Source of the DNA: Phycisphaerales bacterium
Lineage (GTDB): Bacteria; Planctomycetota; Phycisphaerae; UBA1845
Length of the DNA stretch: 64,000 nucleotides
Direction of reading: 5' to 3'
Assembly: GCA_020852275.1 (NCBI GenBank)
Contig: JADZBE010000013.1
Span: 200,650 to 264,649, forward strand
Below are positions 52,088 through 60,868 of the stretch, in pieces; positions within the stretch are counted from its first letter, which is position 1, and each line of letters begins with the position of its first letter. A model generated the notes under the pieces. That model worked only from the letters and a program-made list of their open reading frames with translations. It was not told the origin of the DNA and did no database searches. The position numbers and the translations under genes were made by a program.

Positions 52088-52579
52088 TCACCCCTGCGGT
52101 CCGGTCGTGCAGTCCGCCGCATCGCAGCAGCACCCGCACCTCTTAATGGACCCGCCGACCGCCTCGATCTTCTGCTGCGCCGATTTGCTGAACTTCGCCG
52201 CCGTCACCGTCAACTTCTTCTTCAACTCGCCCGTGCCCAGAATCTTGATCGGGTGGCGCAGGTGCCGCACCAGGCCGCTTGCCAGCAGCGCGTCCGCGTC
52301 CACGCTCGCGCCGGCGGGGAACGCCGCCTCCAGCTCCGAGACGTTGACCACGGCGTACTCCACGCGGAACTTGAAATTGCTGAACCCGCGCTTCGGCAGG
52401 CGGCGATACGTCGGCATCGCCCCGCCTTCCGCCAGCCCCCGCATGGACCAGCCGGAGCGCGACCCCGCGCCCTTGTGCCCGCGACCCGACGTCTTGCCGC
52501 AGCCGCTGCCCGGGCCTCTGCCGATGCGCCGCTTGCGCTTGTGAGCGCCGGCGCGTTGTGTGACTTGTGTGATATTCAT
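52088..52579 (-). CDS. rplO: 50S ribosomal protein L15
   Basis: KRKRRIGRGPGSGCGKTSGRGHKG; syntenic. Unusual Cys-rich C-terminal tail. Confidence 0.95.
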   Translation of the reverse strand: MNITQVTQRAGAHKRKRRIGRGPGSGCGKTSGRGHKGAGSRSGWSMRGLAEGGAMPTYRRLPKRGFSNFKFRVEYAVVNVSELEAAFPAGASVDADALLASGLVRHLRHPIKILGTGELKKKLTVTAAKFSKSAQQKIEAVGGSIKRCGCCCDAADCTTGPQG

Positions 52580-52585
52580 GCTTGA

Positions 52586-53089
52586 CTACCCCGCGAGCTT
52601 CACGCCCCGCAGTTCCTCGATGTCCTCGCGGCTCATCAGCCGATTCAGCGCATCCAACGTCGCGCGGCACAGGTTTTTCGGGCTGGTCGAGCCGTAGCTC
52701 TTGGTCAGCACGTCCTTCACGCCCGCCAGCTCCAGCACCGCGCGGACGCTCGCCCCCGCGATCACGCCCGTTCCCGGACTGGCGGGAAGCAGGACGACCC
52801 GGCTGGCGCCGGACTGCCCGATCACCCGGTGCGGAATCGTCCCGTTGCCCGTGAGCTTCACGCGCATCATGCTGCGCCCGGCGAGCTTCTTGGCTTTCTC
52901 CACCGAGGACGGAACCTCGGTGCTCTTGCCATAACCAAGCCCAACGTGTCCCTGCCGGTCGCCGACGATCACCAGCGCGGCGAAGCTGAAACGCCGGCCG
53001 CCCTTGACCACCTTCGCGCAGCGGTACACGCGGACCACGCTGTCCTCCAGACCGCCCTCTTCACGATGAACCGGTGTTCTTTCCGCCAT
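52586..53089 (-). CDS. rpsE: 30S ribosomal protein S5
   Basis: VVRVYRCAKVVKGGRRFSFAALVIVGD, GTGVIAG. Confidence 0.97.
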   Translation of the reverse strand: MAERTPVHREEGGLEDSVVRVYRCAKVVKGGRRFSFAALVIVGDRQGHVGLGYGKSTEVPSSVEKAKKLAGRSMMRVKLTGNGTIPHRVIGQSGASRVVLLPASPGTGVIAGASVRAVLELAGVKDVLTKSYGSTSPKNLCRATLDALNRLMSREDIEELRGVKLAG

Positions 53090-53134
53090 GATCTAGCCGC
53101 CCTTGTCCTGATCCGCTGCCGCCTCGCCGCCATC

Positions 53135-53202
53135 CGTAGGGCGGGCTATGCCCGCCTCGCCGCACTCCTGCATGACCCAAGGCGGGCGTAGCCCGCCCTA
53201 CG
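53135..53202. repeat. Inverted pair of 22-bp hairpin elements (nested palindrome) in the rpsE-rplR spacer
   Basis: CGTAGGGCGGGCTATGCCCGCC (53135-53156) and GGCGGGCGTAGCCCGCCCTACG (53181-53202) are reverse complements with 1 mismatch. Each arm is itself a 7-bp stem hairpin. Confidence 0.9.
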
Positions 53203-53250
53203 CACGGGCGGGGCCAGTCTCCTCGCCCCGGACACGCATCTCCGCCGCCC

Positions 53251-53619
53251 CTAGAACGCCAGCCCGCCCTCTCTCGCCGCGTCCGCCAGCGCCTTGATGC
53301 GCCCGTGGTACTTGTACCCGTTGCGGTCCAGGCACACGGCCTTCACACCCTGCGCCAGGGCCGCCGCGGCGATCGCCTTGCCCACTTCCTTCGCCGCCGC
53401 CACGTTGCCGCCCGACTTCACCTTGCCGCGCAGGTCCTTTGCGGCGGTGCTCGCCGAACACAACGTCACCCCCGCGTCATCGTTGATGACCTGCGCGTAG
53501 ATGTGATTCAGGCTGCGAAACACCGTCAGCCGCGGACGCTGCGACGTGCCTTCCACCTTCTTGCGGATGCGCGTCTTGCGGCGATCCCGCTGCACGGCCT
53601 TGAGTTTTTGTAGATTCAT
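53251..53619 (-). CDS. rplR: 50S ribosomal protein L18
   Basis: Likely start ATG 53619. [33 protein letters not shown]. Confidence 0.95.
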   Translation of the reverse strand: MNLQKLKAVQRDRRKTRIRKKVEGTSQRPRLTVFRSLNHIYAQVINDDAGVTLCSASTAAKDLRGKVKSGGNVAAAKEVGKAIAAAALAQGVKAVCLDRNGYKYHGRIKALADAAREGGLAF

Positions 53620-53665
53620 CTCAGCACCCCGGTCCAATGAGACCGGATCCCCATCAGTTCATGCA

Positions 53666-54262
53666 TCAACCGCCGCCGGTGACGGCCTTGCCCTGCTTGC
53701 GCTTCACCACTTCGTTGTCGTAGCGGATGCCCTTGCCCTTGTACGGCTCGGCCCGCCGCAGCGCCCGCACCTCGGCCGCGAACTCGCCCACCATCGCCCG
53801 GTCGCAGCCCTCGATCAGAATCTTCGCCGGTTCATTGTCGCCGCGGGCCGCGGGCGCCTCCACCGTGACCTTGATGCCGTCCGGAATGGGCTTCTCGTAC
53901 TGCGCTCCCGACGTGGTCTTGCGACCCATGAAACCGATGTTCAGGCAGAGTTTCTTGCCTTCCAGCTTGCAGTTGTAACCGGTCCCGTAAATCAGCAACC
54001 GCTTGGAGAACCCGTCGGAGACGCCTCTCACCATGTTGGCGATCAGCGCGCGGGCCAGTCCGTGGTTCGCCCGGCTCTGCTTCTGGTCGTCGGCCCGCTT
54101 GACCGTGACGCTGCGCGAGGAAGCGTTCACCTCCGCCTGCGTGCCCGCGGGCAGGCTCAGCGAAAGCGACCCCTTCGCGCCCTTCACCGCCACCTGCGCG
54201 CCGCTCAGCGTCACCGTGACCGATGACGGATACGAAACGGGTTTGCTGCCCAACCTTGACAT
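53666..54262 (-). CDS. rplF: 50S ribosomal protein L6
   Basis: Likely start ATG 54262. MSRLGSKPVSYPSSVTVTLSG...VKGAKGSLS. Confidence 0.95.
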   Translation of the reverse strand: MSRLGSKPVSYPSSVTVTLSGAQVAVKGAKGSLSLSLPAGTQAEVNASSRSVTVKRADDQKQSRANHGLARALIANMVRGVSDGFSKRLLIYGTGYNCKLEGKKLCLNIGFMGRKTTSGAQYEKPIPDGIKVTVEAPAARGDNEPAKILIEGCDRAMVGEFAAEVRALRRAEPYKGKGIRYDNEVVKRKQGKAVTGGG

Positions 54263-54287
54263 CTGCCTGTTCCTTGCCTTTCCCCGC

Positions 54288-54683
54288 CTAGGCGACGATG
54301 CAGACCACCTCGCCGCCGATGCTTCGTTCACGACAGGCGCGATCCGAAAGCACGCCCTGGTTCGTGGACACCACCGCGATCCCCAGCCCGTCCATCACGC
54401 GCGGCAGCTCCTCCGCCGAGGCGTACACGCGGCAACCCGGCTTCGACACGCGGTCGATCCGGTGGATCACGTCCTCGCCCCGCGCGCCGTACCGCAGGTC
54501 AATCCGCAGCAAACCCTGGCGGGCGTCGGGAATGAAGTCGAAGCCGTTGATGTAGCCTTCCTCGCGAAGCACCTGCGCAATGCCGCGCTTCACCCGCGAC
54601 GCGGGAACGTTCACCTGCTTGCGCCGCACCCGGGCCGCGTTGCGAATCCGCGTCAACATGTCCGCGATTGGATCTGTCAGCAT
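54288..54683 (-). CDS. rpsH: 30S ribosomal protein S8
   Basis: MLTDPIADMLTRIRNA. Confidence 0.97.
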   Translation of the reverse strand: MLTDPIADMLTRIRNAARVRRKQVNVPASRVKRGIAQVLREEGYINGFDFIPDARQGLLRIDLRYGARGEDVIHRIDRVSKPGCRVYASAEELPRVMDGLGIAVVSTNQGVLSDRACRERSIGGEVVCIVA

Positions 54684-54739
54684 CCCGAACCCCTCGTCGA
54701 AAAAATCAGCCTCTCGCGCTCAACGGCGCCCCGCGTCCG

Positions 54740-54925
54740 CTACCAGCTCGACTTGCGCACGCCCGGAATCTCGCCCTTGTGCGCCAGCTTGCGGAAGCAC
54801 AGGCGGCACAGCTTGAACTTGCGGTACACCGCCCGCGACCGCCCGCACAACTGGCAGCGCCGCACGCGCCGCGTCGAAAACTTCGGTTCCGCGTTCGCCT
54901 TGTTCATCCATGCTGTCGTTGCCAT
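54740..54925 (-). CDS. rpsN: 30S ribosomal protein S14, type Z (zinc-binding)
   Basis: 61 aa; CQLCGR...CRLCFR cysteine pairs; ends KSSW. Confidence 0.95.
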   Translation of the reverse strand: MATTAWMNKANAEPKFSTRRVRRCQLCGRSRAVYRKFKLCRLCFRKLAHKGEIPGVRKSSW

Positions 54926-54934
54926 GTGCCTGTC

Positions 54935-55480
54935 TTATCCCTCCGCCTTCCGGAACGGCATCCCCATCAGCTCCAGCAGACGCTTGCCCGCCGCGTCGCT
55001 GCCCGCCGAGGTCACCATGGTGATGTTCATGCCCAGCGTATGCTCGACCTGGTCCAGGTTGATTTCTGAAAAAATCGTCTGCTCCGACAGACCCATCGAG
55101 TAGTTGCCGCGCCCGTCAAAGTTCGTCTTCAGTCCGCGGAAGTCGCGCAGACGCGGGATGCCGGCGTTGATCAGCCGGTCCATAAACTCGTACATCCGCT
55201 TCCCGCGCAACGTCACCATCGCGCCGACGTCCATCCCCTCGCGCAGCTTGAAGTTCGACACGCTCTTGCGCGCCTTGCGCACGATCGGCTTCTGACCCGT
55301 GATGCTCGCCAGGTCCTTCTGCGCCGACTCCATGATCTTTTTGTCCACCGCCGCCTTGCCGACGCCCATCGACACGACCACCTTCTTCAGGCGCGGGATG
55401 GCCATCGGGTTCTCGATGCCCAGATCCTCCGCCAGCTTCGGACGGACGTTCGTCTGATAATGTTCCAGTAACCTCGCCAT
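54935..55480 (-). CDS. rplE: 50S ribosomal protein L5
   Basis: MARLLEHYQTNVRPKL...NPMAIPRLKKVVVSMGVG. Confidence 0.97.
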   Translation of the reverse strand: MARLLEHYQTNVRPKLAEDLGIENPMAIPRLKKVVVSMGVGKAAVDKKIMESAQKDLASITGQKPIVRKARKSVSNFKLREGMDVGAMVTLRGKRMYEFMDRLINAGIPRLRDFRGLKTNFDGRGNYSMGLSEQTIFSEINLDQVEHTLGMNITMVTSAGSDAAGKRLLELMGMPFRKAEG

Positions 55481-55526
55481 GCCTGCGATCCTCTGTTGCT
55501 CCCGCCCGTGCGCCGCCCGGCCGCCT

Positions 55527-55883
55527 TTACTCGCCGCCCGCCTTGCGGAGCGTGTGCAGCAGGGTGCCTTTCCCCGTCGTCACGCGACGCTTCTCCACCA
55601 CGCGGCCGTGATCGTCGTGCTTCGTCTCAAAGCGCACGCGGGTCGCCTTCCCCGCAGCCGGGTCAAACGGCAGCACCTTGGACAGTTTCAGCGGCGCCTC
55701 CTTCTGGAGCCGCCCGCCCTTCGGGTTGCGCTTCGAGGGTCTGACATGGCGGTACACCATGTTGACCCCCTCGATTACGACCTCTCCCGCCCGCACGTCC
55801 ACGCGAAGGACCTTGCCCTTCGCGCCCTTGTGCGAGCCGGCGATCACCATCACCGTGTCATTCTTGCGAATATGGCACGCCAT
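55527..55883 (-). CDS. rplX: 50S ribosomal protein L24
   Basis: IRKNDTVMVIAGSHKGAKGKVLRV KOW motif. Confidence 0.95.
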   Translation of the reverse strand: MACHIRKNDTVMVIAGSHKGAKGKVLRVDVRAGEVVIEGVNMVYRHVRPSKRNPKGGRLQKEAPLKLSKVLPFDPAAGKATRVRFETKHDDHGRVVEKRRVTTGKGTLLHTLRKAGGE

Positions 55884-56296
55884 CAGACCACCTCTTCCGC
55901 CAGCGAGATGATTTTCATGAACTTCTCGCGGAGTTCGCGCCCCACCGCCCCGAAGATGCGGGTGCCCTTCGGTTCGTTCTTGTCGTCGAGCAGCACCACC
56001 GCGTTCGAATCGAACCGCACGTACCCGCCGTCGGGACGCCGCGTCGCTTTCACCGTCCGCACCACGACCGCCTTCGTCGTGCGCCGCTTCGACCGGTCTT
56101 TGCGCGTGTTGCCGCCCATGAAATCGCTGTTCGGCAGCGCCTTCTTCACCGTGACAAAGACGATGTCGCCCACGCCCGCCACCTGCAGCCGCGGCTTGCC
56201 GATGCGCGACGTCGAGCCTTTGTACACGCTGATCACCATCGCCTCTTTGGCGCCGGTGTTGTCCGCGACGTCCACTCGTGAGTATTGAATGATCAT
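55883..56296 (-). CDS. rplN: 50S ribosomal protein L14
   Basis: [17 protein letters not shown]...[10 protein letters not shown]; contains a ~15-aa insertion relative to the usual ~122 aa. Confidence 0.95.
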   Translation of the reverse strand: MIIQYSRVDVADNTGAKEAMVISVYKGSTSRIGKPRLQVAGVGDIVFVTVKKALPNSDFMGGNTRKDRSKRRTTKAVVVRTVKATRRPDGGYVRFDSNAVVLLDDKNEPKGTRIFGAVGRELREKFMKIISLAEEVV

Positions 56297-56317
56297 GGCC
56301 TTGCCGTCACCCCTGCG

Positions 56318-56635
56318 TCAGACCTTCGCCCCGACGACTTCCCCTGCCAGCGGATTGCGATCCAGCACTTTCACCAGCCGCCAGCACTTCGTCTTTGAAT
56401 AAGGCCGGCAGAACGCGATCTGCACGCGGTCGCCCGGGTTCGCTTCGTTCTTCTCGTCGTGGGCATGAACCCGCCCGTGCTTGCGCATGTACTTGCCGTA
56501 CTTCGGGTGGCGGTACGAGAACTCGTACTCCACCGTGATGGTCTTCAGGCACTTGTTCGACTTGACCACGCCGACCATCATCGCCCGCGGAGAGCGAGCC
56601 TGCTTTTCCGTTGCTGCCGTCGCCGACGTTGCCAT
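56318..56635 (-). CDS. rpsQ: 30S ribosomal protein S17
   Basis: MVGVVKSNKCLKTITVEYEFSYRHPKYGKY...HAHDEKNEANPGDRVQI. Confidence 0.93.
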   Translation of the reverse strand: MATSATAATEKQARSPRAMMVGVVKSNKCLKTITVEYEFSYRHPKYGKYMRKHGRVHAHDEKNEANPGDRVQIAFCRPYSKTKCWRLVKVLDRNPLAGEVVGAKV

Positions 56636-56682
56636 GCAATTGCGTCCCCGACAAAAAAGGCCGGACCCTGCGTCCCGCCCGC

Positions 56683-56883
56683 TTACCCCACCGCCCTCAC
56701 GCCGCGCTCCCGCATTACCGTCATCACACGAGCGATGTCCCGCTTCGTGTGTGTCAGGTTATGCGGATTCTCCAGCTTCTCCGTCACCGCCTGCGAACGA
56801 AGGTCGAACAGGTGCCGGCGAAGCCGGTCCAGCTCCGCCTGCAATTCCTCCGTCTTGGTTTCCCGCACCGCGGAAATCTTCAT
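56683..56883 (-). CDS. rpmC: 50S ribosomal protein L29
   Basis: Internal ATG 56883 of track ORF 56683..57057. MKISAVRETKTEELQAELDRLRRHLFDLRSQ. Confidence 0.93.
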   Translation of the reverse strand: MKISAVRETKTEELQAELDRLRRHLFDLRSQAVTEKLENPHNLTHTKRDIARVMTVMRERGVRAVG

Positions 56884-56924
56884 CTGACCTGCTCCCCCGA
56901 TCCGACCCTGGCCCAACCCCGCCG

Positions 56925-57344
56925 TTACAGTCCGTGCCGCCGCCGAACCATCCGGCACCGCATCGGCATCTTGCTCGCCACGCGCACCATCGCGCTCTTG
57001 GCCACGTCCTCTTCGACCCCGCCGATCTCGAACAGCACCATGCCCTCTTTCACGCAAGCCACCCAGTCCTCGGGGTCGCCCTTGCCCTTGCCCATGCGCG
57101 TTTCCAGCGGCTTGGCCGAAACCGGCTTGGCCGGGAAAATACGGATGTACACGCGCCCTTCGCGGTGAAGGAAATGCGTGGCGGCCACGCGACCCGCCTC
57201 GATCTGCCGTCCGGTGATCCAGCCGGTGCCCATCGCCTGCAGCCCGTATTCACCGTAGGAAACCCGGTTGCCGCGCTGGGCGGGTCCGCGCAGTTTTCCG
57301 CGCTGCGACTTGCGCCACTTCACTCTTTTTGGCATCAACGCCAT
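56925..57344 (-). CDS. rplP: 50S ribosomal protein L16
   Basis: MALMPKRVKWRKSQRGKLRG. Confidence 0.97.
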   Translation of the reverse strand: MALMPKRVKWRKSQRGKLRGPAQRGNRVSYGEYGLQAMGTGWITGRQIEAGRVAATHFLHREGRVYIRIFPAKPVSAKPLETRMGKGKGDPEDWVACVKEGMVLFEIGGVEEDVAKSAMVRVASKMPMRCRMVRRRHGL

Positions 57345-57419
57345 GCGTCGATCACTCCCGCTTAAGGGCCGATACCATCCCGCTTCCCGCGCTGCCGGCG
57401 CGGATCACGAACAGGCCCG

Positions 57420-58121
57420 CTATCCCCGCTTCCCGCGACCCATGTGCCGGCGTGCGCCCGGCTCCTGAACCAGCGCCGGCTCCTTGCCGTACCTGCCCAA
57501 GTAGAGCCACACCTTCACGCCGATCGTGCCGTACGTCGTCCGCGCGATCGCATATCCGTAGTCAATGTGCGCCTGCAGCGTGTGCAGCGGGATCGACCCG
57601 CGGATCATGTTCTCCACGCGCGCCATCTCCGCCCCGCCCAGCCGGCCGGAGCAGCGAATCTTGATCCCCTGGACGCCGGAGGCCATCGCTGTCTCCGCGC
57701 GCTGCTTGATCACCCGGCGGAAGCCGCCGCGCTTCTTGAGACCGTCGGCGATGCCCTCGGCCACGAGCTGCGCGTTGGTGTCCGGGAACTTGATCTCGAC
57801 GATGCGAACCTCGACCTTGCGGTCGATCAGCTCCTCCAGCGCCTCCCGCAGCTTCTCGATCTCCGCGCCGCGCGGACCGATCACCAGGCCCGGACGCCCC
57901 GTGTGCAGCACCACCTTCACATCCGTTCGGGTCCGCTCCACTTCGACCTCGGCAATCGCGGCGTAGGGCGGATTGTGATTGAGCCGGCGATCCACGAACT
58001 CGCGGATCTTATGGTCCTCGATCAGGAACTCGCCGAACGCGGCCTTGGGCGCGTACCAGCGCGAACGCCAGTCCTCCGTCACCCCGACGCGAAACCCTCT
58101 TGGATGGATCTTCTGACCCAC
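57420..58121 (-). CDS. rpsC: 30S ribosomal protein S3
   Basis: MGQKIHPRGFRVGV; KH domain; GRLGGAEMAR. Confidence 0.97.
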   Translation of the reverse strand: MGQKIHPRGFRVGVTEDWRSRWYAPKAAFGEFLIEDHKIREFVDRRLNHNPPYAAIAEVEVERTRTDVKVVLHTGRPGLVIGPRGAEIEKLREALEELIDRKVEVRIVEIKFPDTNAQLVAEGIADGLKKRGGFRRVIKQRAETAMASGVQGIKIRCSGRLGGAEMARVENMIRGSIPLHTLQAHIDYGYAIARTTYGTIGVKVWLYLGRYGKEPALVQEPGARRHMGRGKRG

Positions 58122-58160
58122 GTGAATCTCCCCGCGCCAGCGCCGCCGCGCCGACCTCGA

Positions 58161-58502
58161 CTACTTCTCCGTCACCTGGATCACGATATGGCTCGTCCGC
58201 TTGGTGATCGGGTGCGCCCGACCGCGGTCCTTCGGCTGCCAACGCGGATAGGTCGGACCGCCGTCGATCCGCGCCTCCGCCACGACCAACCGGCGCATGT
58301 CCGCCTCCTGCTCGTCCGCGTTGGCCATCGCGGAGCGCAGCACGTTCTCGATCATCCGCGCCGAGCGCCGTCGGTTAAACTGCAGCAGCTCCAGCGCCTC
58401 CGCGCACCGCCGACCGCGGATGGTGTCAATCACCAGCCTCGCCTTTCGCGGGCTGACCCTCGCAAAGCGGTGCAGCGCCAGCCAGTTCTTTTGCTCGCTC
58501 AT
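58161..58502 (-). CDS. rplV: 50S ribosomal protein L22
   Basis: RFARVSPRKARLVIDTIRGRRCAEAL. Confidence 0.95.
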   Translation of the reverse strand: MSEQKNWLALHRFARVSPRKARLVIDTIRGRRCAEALELLQFNRRRSARMIENVLRSAMANADEQEADMRRLVVAEARIDGGPTYPRWQPKDRGRAHPITKRTSHIVIQVTEK

Positions 58503-58516
58503 CTGCGATCTCCCCG

Positions 58517-58801
58517 CTACTTCGCCGCCGCGTCCGCCTTGCGGTGCCCAGAATGACCCTTGAACGTGCGCGTCGGGCTGAACTCGCCCAGCTTGTGACC
58601 CACCATCTCCTCGGTCACGAACACCTGGTGAAACATCTTGCCGTTGTGTACTTCAAACTTCAGCCCTACGAACTCCGGCACGATGGTGCACGCACGACGC
58701 CACGTGCGGATCGGCGCGTAGGAGCCGCCGTCCTTCGCACGCATGGCTTTTTCATACAGCCGCTCATCCACGAACGGCCCCTTTTTCTGCGATCGTGACA
58801 T
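58517..58801 (-). CDS. rpsS: 30S ribosomal protein S19
   Basis: [13 protein letters not shown]...[23 protein letters not shown]. Confidence 0.97.
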   Translation of the reverse strand: MSRSQKKGPFVDERLYEKAMRAKDGGSYAPIRTWRRACTIVPEFVGLKFEVHNGKMFHQVFVTEEMVGHKLGEFSPTRTFKGHSGHRKADAAAK

Positions 58802-58864
58802 GCGAAAAAAACTCCCGGTTCTCTACCGTCCCTTTTCTCCCCGACTCCGCCGCCCCTTCTGGCG

Positions 58865-58892
58865 AACAGCCAGCAGCTAACAGCCAGCAGCT
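58865..58892. repeat. 14-bp (2x7) tandem duplication in the rplB-rpsS spacer
   Basis: AACAGCCAGCAGCT AACAGCCAGCAGCT, ending 4 nt before the rplB stop codon complement. Confidence 0.85.
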
Positions 58893-58895
58893 TCC

Positions 58896-59759
58896 TCAGG
58901 ACGGTCTGGGCAACTGACCGTACCTCACGCTGCGCCGACGACGAAGGATTCGCTTGCTCGAAGGCTTGCGCGCCGCACGCGTGCGACCGCCCTTGGCGAG
59001 CTTGCCCCACTTGCTGCACGGGTGCCGGCCGCCGCCGCTGCGGCCTTCGCCGCCGCCCAGCGGGTGCGACACCGGGTTCTGAGCCGTGCCGCGAACATAC
59101 GGCCGCCGCCCGCGATGCCGTGTCCGCCCGGCCTTGCCCCAGTTGATGTTCTGTCGTTCAACGTTGCCAAGCTGGCCGATGGTCGCCCGGCACTCCTCGC
59201 GCACCTGACGCATTTCGCCCGAGGGCAGCACGAGAATCGCCCAGCCTCCCTCACGCGAGAGGTATCGCGCCGAGCCGCCCGCCGCGCGAACCAGCTTCCC
59301 GCCCTGGCCGGCGTTCATCTCGATGTTGTGAACATCCATGCCCGTCGGCATGCTCTTCAGCGGCATGGCGTGCCCCAGAAGCGGTTCCACGGATTCGCCG
59401 CTCTGCACGCTCATCCCGGCCTTCATCCCGAAGGGCGCCAGGATGTAGCGATACTCCCCGTCCGCGTACTTCACGAGAGCGATGTGGCTGGAGCGGTTGG
59501 GATCGTACTCCACGCTCTCCACCGTCCCCACCACGCCGTCCTTGTCTCGCTTGAAGTCGATGCGCCGGTAGATGCGCCGCGCCCCGCCCCCGCGGTGCCG
59601 CGACGTGATCCAGCCGTGGTGGTTGCGCCCGCCGCGGCGCACGAGACGCTCGCACAACGACTTCAGCGGCGCCGACTGCGTGTTCGTCAGCTCCGCGAAA
59701 TCGCTCACCGTCCCCGCTCGGCGACCCGGTGACGTCGGCTTGTATTGTTTCAAGGCCAT
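58896..59759 (-). CDS. rplB: 50S ribosomal protein L2
   Basis: MALKQYKPTSPGRR...GGGEGRSGGGRHP. Confidence 0.97.
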   Translation of the reverse strand: MALKQYKPTSPGRRAGTVSDFAELTNTQSAPLKSLCERLVRRGGRNHHGWITSRHRGGGARRIYRRIDFKRDKDGVVGTVESVEYDPNRSSHIALVKYADGEYRYILAPFGMKAGMSVQSGESVEPLLGHAMPLKSMPTGMDVHNIEMNAGQGGKLVRAAGGSARYLSREGGWAILVLPSGEMRQVREECRATIGQLGNVERQNINWGKAGRTRHRGRRPYVRGTAQNPVSHPLGGGEGRSGGGRHPCSKWGKLAKGGRTRAARKPSSKRILRRRRSVRYGQLPRPS

Positions 59760-59777
59760 CGGCCTGGGTCCTTCCCG

Positions 59778-60089
59778 CTAGAACAGGTTGATGTGGTCGT
59801 TGGCGTCGAGCACCACCACCGCCTTCTTCCAGTCGCTCGTCCGCCCTACCTTGAACCGCACGCGACGCGCCTTGCCGTGCACCATCGACGTCCGCACGAA
59901 AACCACGCTTACGTGATAAATCTTCTCGATGGCCTCGCGGATCAGCGGCTTGGTGGCGTGCGCATGCACCTCGAACGTGTAGGAGCCGCCGCGCGCCGGA
60001 CGCGTGCGCGAAGCGTCGTGACCCTGTGTGGACTGGTGCGTGCCCTTCTCCGTCACCAGCGGTCGTTTGATTACATCATGCAGTTTCAT
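59778..60089 (-). CDS. rplW: 50S ribosomal protein L23
   Basis: VIKRPLVTEKG...KKAVVVL; syntenic. Confidence 0.93.
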   Translation of the reverse strand: MKLHDVIKRPLVTEKGTHQSTQGHDASRTRPARGGSYTFEVHAHATKPLIREAIEKIYHVSVVFVRTSMVHGKARRVRFKVGRTSDWKKAVVVLDANDHINLF

Positions 60090-60146
60090 GGCAACCCTCG
60101 CTCACCCGTCCGCGGCGCTCGTCCCGGCCGCACGCGCCGTTCCGCA

Positions 60147-60788
60147 CTACGCCTTTTTCGCCACTCGCGCGAGCAGCGCCTCGAAGCCGGACCGTGTAAA
60201 CACCAGCTTCTTCCGCCGCAGAATCTCGTAGGCGTTCAACTCCGTGACCGGACGCACTTCCGTCTTCGGAAGATTGCGCCCGGAAAGGTGGATGTTCTGA
60301 TCGACGCCGCTGATCGCCAGGACGCAACTGCCCGCCGCGCCCAGTCGCGTCAGCGTCGCCGCCAGCGCCTTGGTCTTCGGCTTGTCCATCCGCAGGTCGT
60401 CCACGATCAGCACGCTTTCATGCTTGATTTTCGCCAGGATCGCGTTCTTCCACGCCAGCGTCCGCATCCCGCGCGGCAGTTCCTTGCTCCCGAACGGCGC
60501 CTGCTTGGGGAACGCCCGACCGCCGCCGCGCCGAATGCACGAGCGGATCGGCCCCATGCGCGCCCGGCCGGTGCCCTTCTGCCGGTAGAGCTTCCGCGTC
60601 GCGCCGGCGATCATCGACCGGCTCCGCGTGCGAGCCGCGAAATGCCGCTGATGGTCCAAGTACGCCACGACGGCCTGCTTGAGCAGCGTGGGACGGACGC
60701 GCGTCCCCAGCAGCGCGGGATCAATCTCCATCTCCCCCACGCGCTCCCCGCTCGTCTTGAATACTGGAACGGTCATCATAACGCTCAT
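60147..60788 (-). CDS. rplD: 50S ribosomal protein L4
   Basis: YRQKGTGRARMG...RGGGRAF. Confidence 0.95.
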   Translation of the reverse strand: MSVMMTVPVFKTSGERVGEMEIDPALLGTRVRPTLLKQAVVAYLDHQRHFAARTRSRSMIAGATRKLYRQKGTGRARMGPIRSCIRRGGGRAFPKQAPFGSKELPRGMRTLAWKNAILAKIKHESVLIVDDLRMDKPKTKALAATLTRLGAAGSCVLAISGVDQNIHLSGRNLPKTEVRPVTELNAYEILRRKKLVFTRSGFEALLARVAKKA

Positions 60789-60833
60789 CCCCAGACTTCC
60801 GCGTCGCCCCGATGCCTGCCCTCTATACCCCTC

Positions 60834-60868
60834 TGCCGATCGCCTGTAGCCTGCTGCCTATCGCCTAT
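60834..60868. repeat. Heptamer-periodic repeat (NGCCTRT-like x5) in the rplC-rplD spacer
   Basis: TGCCGAT CGCCTGT AGCCTGC TGCCTAT CGCCTAT. The last unit overlaps the rplC stop (60865-60867). Confidence 0.75.

Noticed and set aside
52088-52140. Cys-rich C-terminal tail of L15 (RCGCCCDAADCTTGPQG) as a metal-binding extension
   Set aside because: It could simply be read-through to the next available stop in GC-rich DNA just before secY. There is no supporting motif, so it is only noted in the feature evidence.
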